The notes under the pieces: generated by a model
Told to the model about the DNA's origin: nothing
What the model saw: only the letters and a program-made list of their open reading frames with translations
Database searches by the model: none
In this document: one piece after another, positions 59,818 to 64,000 of the stretch
How the letters are laid out: the number at the start of each line of letters is the position of its first letter
Numbering within the stretch: position 1 is the first letter of the stretch
Position numbers and translations under genes: made by a program
Origin: Candidatus Culexmicrobium cathedralense
GTDB taxonomy: Archaea; Thermoproteota; Methanomethylicia; Culexarchaeales; Culexmicrobiaceae
DNA length: 64,000 bases
Assembly: GCA_025061115.1 (NCBI GenBank)
Contig: JANZKC010000001.1
Coordinates: 128,001-192,000, forward strand
Direction of reading: 5' to 3'

Positions 59818-60492
59818 GTGGAGATGAAAATGAGGAGAATTCATTCTACCTCTATTGCCTTATTAGCAGTATGCACGGTATTAAACTTGATAAACTTCCT
59901 AAATATTTCAGCCAATCAAATATCTAATCGAAAATTAGGCATGCAAGAGGCTTACATTAGCACCAATGAGCGCAAAATCATAAGTACAGGTTTTAGTACT
60001 GTAAAAAGTTTTGATGTACATTCACTAAATGACCTAATATCGAATTCTGAGCCGGAGTTAAACGAGTTAAAACTTTGGACAGACAAAAATGAGTACAATA
60101 TTGGTGAAAAAGTGGTCATAATACTTGAAAATAGAGGTAATGCCACAATATATTTGCCTAATTCAGCCCCATGGATAATCATGGACGATGACGGTAAGAT
60201 CATATACGCGCCTATAGCTATCCAAGTGATAACTCCAGTTAAACCAAAGTCTGCGAAATACTGGTCTTGGGATCAAATAGATAATAAAGGCAAACAAATA
60301 AAGCCTGGAACATACACGGTATTTCTTAAAACAATAGATGGGCGAATTTTAACTGCAAAAATAGGCGTCGTAAGTGATCAAGGAAAGTATGAAGAAACAT
60401 TAAGTCCCCAGCAAAGTGCAATCATAATGATTCTAATTGTAGTGACTACGATTGGAATTGCCAACATAATTCACAGTATTAAGCAAACATAA
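59818..60492 (+). CDS. Secreted, membrane-anchored Ig-like (BsuPI/FlgD-like) protein
   Basis: Signal peptide, TDK.EY..GE.V.I.LEN, WDQ.DNKG....PGTY, C-terminal TM. Confidence 0.7.
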   Translation: MEMKMRRIHSTSIALLAVCTVLNLINFLNISANQISNRKLGMQEAYISTNERKIISTGFSTVKSFDVHSLNDLISNSEPELNELKLWTDKNEYNIGEKVVIILENRGNATIYLPNSAPWIIMDDDGKIIYAPIAIQVITPVKPKSAKYWSWDQIDNKGKQIKPGTYTVFLKTIDGRILTAKIGVVSDQGKYEETLSPQQSAIIMILIVVTTIGIANIIHSIKQT

Positions 60493-61061
60493 TTTATTGA
60501 TTTAAGCAGCGCCAAGGAAGTTAAAGTACAAGTAAAGCCTATAACTGCACCACCTGCAACCTGAGCTACGCTATGTGCTTTAACTTTCATTCTAGCCCAA
60601 CCAACCAGAATTAATAGTGGAGAGAAAATCAATACTTCTAGATAACCTAACAATGGGAAAAATGTTATAGGTATTGCAATTGATGCAGTATGAATACTTA
60701 TCTTCCAGCCCATAGTTATAATTGCGAGCACAATGCTAGTTAACATGCACACGAATTCCAGGGAGGCAATCTCAAACAACTTATAGCTGTAAAAGAGATA
60801 AAACGCCAAGAAGTAAGCAAGTATGCCTGGAATAAATAGAATTGGCCTATGAGACCTATTAGAAACGAAGTAGTCTCCCCTCTCAATTAATCTTCCATAA
60901 ATAATCGGAGCAACTATCGGCGCAAAACTATGCAAGAAAACCCCTAAAGCTAATAGTAGTGAATCAACACTATTCACATAGCATAAGAATAAGATTTCGG
61001 CAAATCCAATTAAGGGATACGATAAAATTATGGAAATTGCATTTGCAAGCTTAACGGTCAA
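60471..61061 (-). CDS. PAP2-like membrane protein
   Basis: WKISIH and WAR....AHS..QV..G motifs, about 6 TM. Confidence 0.7.
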   Translation of the reverse strand: MTVKLANAISIILSYPLIGFAEILFLCYVNSVDSLLLALGVFLHSFAPIVAPIIYGRLIERGDYFVSNRSHRPILFIPGILAYFLAFYLFYSYKLFEIASLEFVCMLTSIVLAIITMGWKISIHTASIAIPITFFPLLGYLEVLIFSPLLILVGWARMKVKAHSVAQVAGGAVIGFTCTLTSLALLKSINYVCLIL

Positions 61062-61071
61062 ATCAAGTCAC

Positions 61072-61437
61072 CTACATGGACTTGAAAGTCACGCATTGCC
61101 CTTCAATCAATTTAGCTTCAACTCGACCATCCTTAACTTTACCGTAAACTACGACTTTTTCTCCTTTGCAAATGGCTGCTACACCCTTAAAATAAACTTC
61201 AACGCCAGATACTTTTAGAATAGTCCTATGGCCATGATCCTCCTCAACAAGTCTACTACTAATAGACCATGGCCAGCCCGCTGCATAATAAATAACTGTA
61301 GGCTTAGCATCAACTACACCTTCAAACTTGACATTATATCCATTTAAATTAGCTACATCATTAGGCTTAACTAGGTAGTACCTTTCGCCATCAAGCTCTT
61401 CTTCAGGGTAATTGAGCTTTTTCCACTTCCACAGCAT
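61072..61437 (-). CDS. Hypothetical protein, probable OB-fold
   Basis: V..EG.V...GEKVVVYGKV beta-rich pattern; GGGG RBS. Confidence 0.55.
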   Translation of the reverse strand: MLWKWKKLNYPEEELDGERYYLVKPNDVANLNGYNVKFEGVVDAKPTVIYYAAGWPWSISSRLVEEDHGHRTILKVSGVEVYFKGVAAICKGEKVVVYGKVKDGRVEAKLIEGQCVTFKSM

Positions 61438-61492
61438 TTACAAACCCCATTCACATTTTGATATCTGAAAATTAAGATTATCGATTAAAATC

Positions 61493-62308
61493 TTAATAGC
61501 AAAATTCTAAATCTAAATTTAATTTACGGGCTAAGTTAATAATTTTAAATTTTAAATTTTCATAGTAATCACAATATTTATCGTCATTTAAAATGATTTC
61601 TTCAACTTTATCCTTTAAAGTTGGAAAGTGGATTCTTAGCGCCCGATCGATGTATGGCCAATTTCCAGCTTTAACATTCAATTTATCAACGATTATGTAG
61701 TCTACATTAATATGGGATAACTTGGTGATTAGCCTTTCAATATTAGATTCGCAGATTAGTGGAATTAGCGGTCCAAGAAAGGCATAGGTGCGAATTCCAC
61801 ATTCCCTCAACCTCTGCAATGCATGTAATCGCCTAGCTATTGATGGTGCTCTGGGCTCGAAAGCTCTCCTAACATTTTCATTAATAGTTATTATTGTTAA
61901 TCCAGCATCAACCTCACTAAATCTACTAAGTAAATCCACATCTCTTATCACCAAGTCAGACTTAGTTAAAATTACAACCGGAAAATCTCTAGAGGCTAAA
62001 ATGCTGAGAATCCGCCTAGTCAACATGAATTTCGCTTCCAACATTTGATATGGGTCGGTAACGCTACTTAGAAGAACTCTTCCACGCCTAGTTTTCCTCA
62101 ATTCTTTAATTAGAATTGTTGGAGCATTAATTTTGGCGTGAACGAACTCTCCCCAATCCAAGTTTGATGGAAAATTTCTGAGCATGTACCTAGCATAGCA
62201 GTACGTACAGCCATGCAAGCATCCAAAATAAGGATTTATCGAGTAATCTACACCATAGATATTGCTTTTACTTAAAATTGATTTGCAGTAAACTTCCTGT
62301 ATCTGCAA
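61493..62308 (-). CDS. Radical SAM protein, spore-photoproduct-lyase-like/Rv2578c family
   Basis: INPYFGCxHGCxYCYA, SSVTDPYQ, LTKS, FEPRAP. Confidence 0.88.
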   Translation of the reverse strand: MQIQEVYCKSILSKSNIYGVDYSINPYFGCLHGCTYCYARYMLRNFPSNLDWGEFVHAKINAPTILIKELRKTRRGRVLLSSVTDPYQMLEAKFMLTRRILSILASRDFPVVILTKSDLVIRDVDLLSRFSEVDAGLTIITINENVRRAFEPRAPSIARRLHALQRLRECGIRTYAFLGPLIPLICESNIERLITKLSHINVDYIIVDKLNVKAGNWPYIDRALRIHFPTLKDKVEEIILNDDKYCDYYENLKFKIINLARKLNLDLEFCY

Positions 62309-62384
62309 TCATCTTGCACCCACTAGCATGAGGAGTTAATCATAATAAATTTATTTTCCCAAGTTGATGATTAATTGAAGCGTA

Positions 62385-63761
62385 ATGCCAATGAGCAAGA
62401 GCAGAAAGTTCGTTAAGATAGTTAAGAAGAAGATTCCATGGATTCAGCACGTTTTAGATAATGTTAGAGATGCGCTTGACTTAAATTTACTTGAAAATGA
62501 GTTGAAAATTAAAGTTCCTAGGAAAAGTATGTGCATATACTGTCGTGGAACTAAGAATCTATGCGGCAAATCAAGGTGCCCAGTAATTATAAAGATGTAC
62601 TCTTACATTAAAATCAAGCCCTTAATTGAAGACTTACAGCTCGAGGGCTCCTCACCACCAGCAGTCTTTATTGGAAGATATGGCTACCCCCGAGTCTATG
62701 CCGGCCCACTTGTCCCCCCACTTCTAGGGGATACTGGAATTTACGACTATCCAGAAAAATGGCTTAACATGAATATCGACCAAATAGTTGATATGAGATT
62801 GAAGCTAATTAGAGGCAAATTCCTCGTTAATGTGAAAAAATTTGAAGATGCTGGAAAACTCATGGACTTAACTTTGGAGCTAGCATTGTCTGCAAATTCA
62901 GTTGAAACGGATGTGCAATTCAAGAAAAAGCCATCGAAAGCCATAGTACTTGATGATCAAGTACAGCCAATGGGTCCCTCCGCGCCACTCAAGAAACTTG
63001 AAATTTCAAATTCAAAGTGGGATAAAAGGCTTGAGAAAGCATTCTACGACTATGACTTAAAAGCTTCCGAGGCAATTTTAGAGCTTCACAAGCATGGAGT
63101 GCCAGTGTCGAGAATTCAAAGAGCATTTAGCGTTGGAGCATTTGGATTAAGAAGGCTGAGACGCCTGGTACCCACAAGATGGAGCATAACTGCAGTTGAT
63201 AGCATAATTTCAAGGGAAATTCGAGATGAAATAGTCAAGAGATGTCCACCAATAAATGAATATAGAGTTTATGAAGCTGAATTTCTTGGCAATAAGTTCA
63301 TCGTCATGATGATGCCTGAAGCTTGGAGCTACGAGTTAATTGAAGCTTGGTATCCAGGATCAGCTTGGAACCCAAGTAGAAGGTACATTTCAATTGGAGG
63401 AGATTGGGAAGGATATGCAGGCCGCACAACCTACGCCAAAATTGGAGGATGCTACTATGCTGCTAGACTAGCAGTTACAGAGTACTTATCAAGAGAGAGA
63501 AGACAAGCAGCTGTAATAGTTTTAAGAGAAGCTTACCCAGATTACATACTCCCACTGGGAGTTTGGAGTGTTAGAGAGAGCGTGAGAAGCGCTTTAAGAA
63601 GTAAGCCAATTAAATTCGACACTCTTGAAGAAGCCCTCAGACACATATCTGCTCGGCTTAAAATAAGAATGAGGCATTGGATCGAAACCAGCGAGTTGCT
63701 GAAAAGAGCACTATTACAGAAGAAGATCACCAGATACTTAACTAAAGGAAATACGTTTTAA
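62385..63761 (+). CDS. nre: Nre family archaeal DNA repair protein
   Basis: CxxC...LCG..RCP, GSSPPAVFIGRYGYP, LVPTRWSITAVD, GGCYYAARL, C-terminal PIP box QKKITRYL. Confidence 0.92.
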   Translation: MPMSKSRKFVKIVKKKIPWIQHVLDNVRDALDLNLLENELKIKVPRKSMCIYCRGTKNLCGKSRCPVIIKMYSYIKIKPLIEDLQLEGSSPPAVFIGRYGYPRVYAGPLVPPLLGDTGIYDYPEKWLNMNIDQIVDMRLKLIRGKFLVNVKKFEDAGKLMDLTLELALSANSVETDVQFKKKPSKAIVLDDQVQPMGPSAPLKKLEISNSKWDKRLEKAFYDYDLKASEAILELHKHGVPVSRIQRAFSVGAFGLRRLRRLVPTRWSITAVDSIISREIRDEIVKRCPPINEYRVYEAEFLGNKFIVMMMPEAWSYELIEAWYPGSAWNPSRRYISIGGDWEGYAGRTTYAKIGGCYYAARLAVTEYLSRERRQAAVIVLREAYPDYILPLGVWSVRESVRSALRSKPIKFDTLEEALRHISARLKIRMRHWIETSELLKRALLQKKITRYLTKGNTF

Positions 63762-63780
63762 ATATGTAGGATGTGGGAAA

Positions 63781-64000
63781 GTGGAGTTCACATCAATTAG
63801 GGAGAAAATAATGCAATTGATTAAAGTTTCTAACGAACCGCTAACAGTTAATGATATAATTACAATTTTGGATTTAAACCCATCAAGGAGAAGTGAAATT
63901 TACGAACACTTAATGCATATAGCAAAGACTATTAGAGCTAGATCACGCGGAGAAGAGCAGCTGGTGATGATCCCTCCAAGATGCAAGAATTGCGGCTACA
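63781..64000 (+). CDS. HTH + zinc-ribbon transcriptional regulator (COG3357-like), truncated by the window end
   Basis: Manual translation MEFTSIREKIMQLI...IYEHLMHIAKTI...MIPPRCKNCGY. Confidence 0.8.
   Translation, partial: MEFTSIREKIMQLIKVSNEPLTVNDIITILDLNPSRRSEIYEHLMHIAKTIRARSRGEEQLVMIPPRCKNCGY

Noticed and set aside
1-64000. Genome-wide stop-codon reassignment (TAG or TGA) as the cause of the in-frame stops
   Set aside because: Conserved genes end at their expected C-termini with TAG (dppA, 846) and TGA (FOR, 12520; DUF364, 6802)
1-64000. Many short antisense or overlapping ORFs in the track (e.g. 1433-1618, 17832-18188, 25479-25946, 40256-40783, 56727-57188)
   Set aside because: They are shadow frames opposite well-supported genes, with no motifs or RBS

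Overview
AT-rich archaeal chromosomal window. A TACK/Thermoproteota-type thermophile is inferred from GGTG/GAGGTG RBSs, XPD, Nre, a Sulfolobus-type geranylgeranyl reductase, tungsten FOR and IorAB. The two flanks (about 1-27.9 kb and 45-64 kb) hold mostly intact peptide/amino-acid catabolism and housekeeping genes: DppA, an ornithine cyclodeaminase/alanine dehydrogenase, two TldD/PmbA pairs, FOR plus MoaD, amidohydrolases, IorAB, a D-aminoacylase and transporters. The centre (about 27.9-45 kb) is a decaying accessory island of secreted/membrane-anchored proteins, ABC exporters, a matrixin protease and a fragmented TdeIII-like restriction endonuclease. It carries many single-base homopolymer frameshifts and in-frame stops. 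Highlights: (i) a single-chain fusion of a RaSEA-like radical SAM domain with the ArcS catalytic domain; (ii) a threonine-synthase fold lacking its PLP lysine, fused to a PadR-type winged HTH; (iii) three paralogues of an unrecognised membrane-anchored surface protein, each beside ABC export genes. I recognised no rRNA, tRNA or CRISPR array. All family calls come from motif recognition by eye, not database searches.
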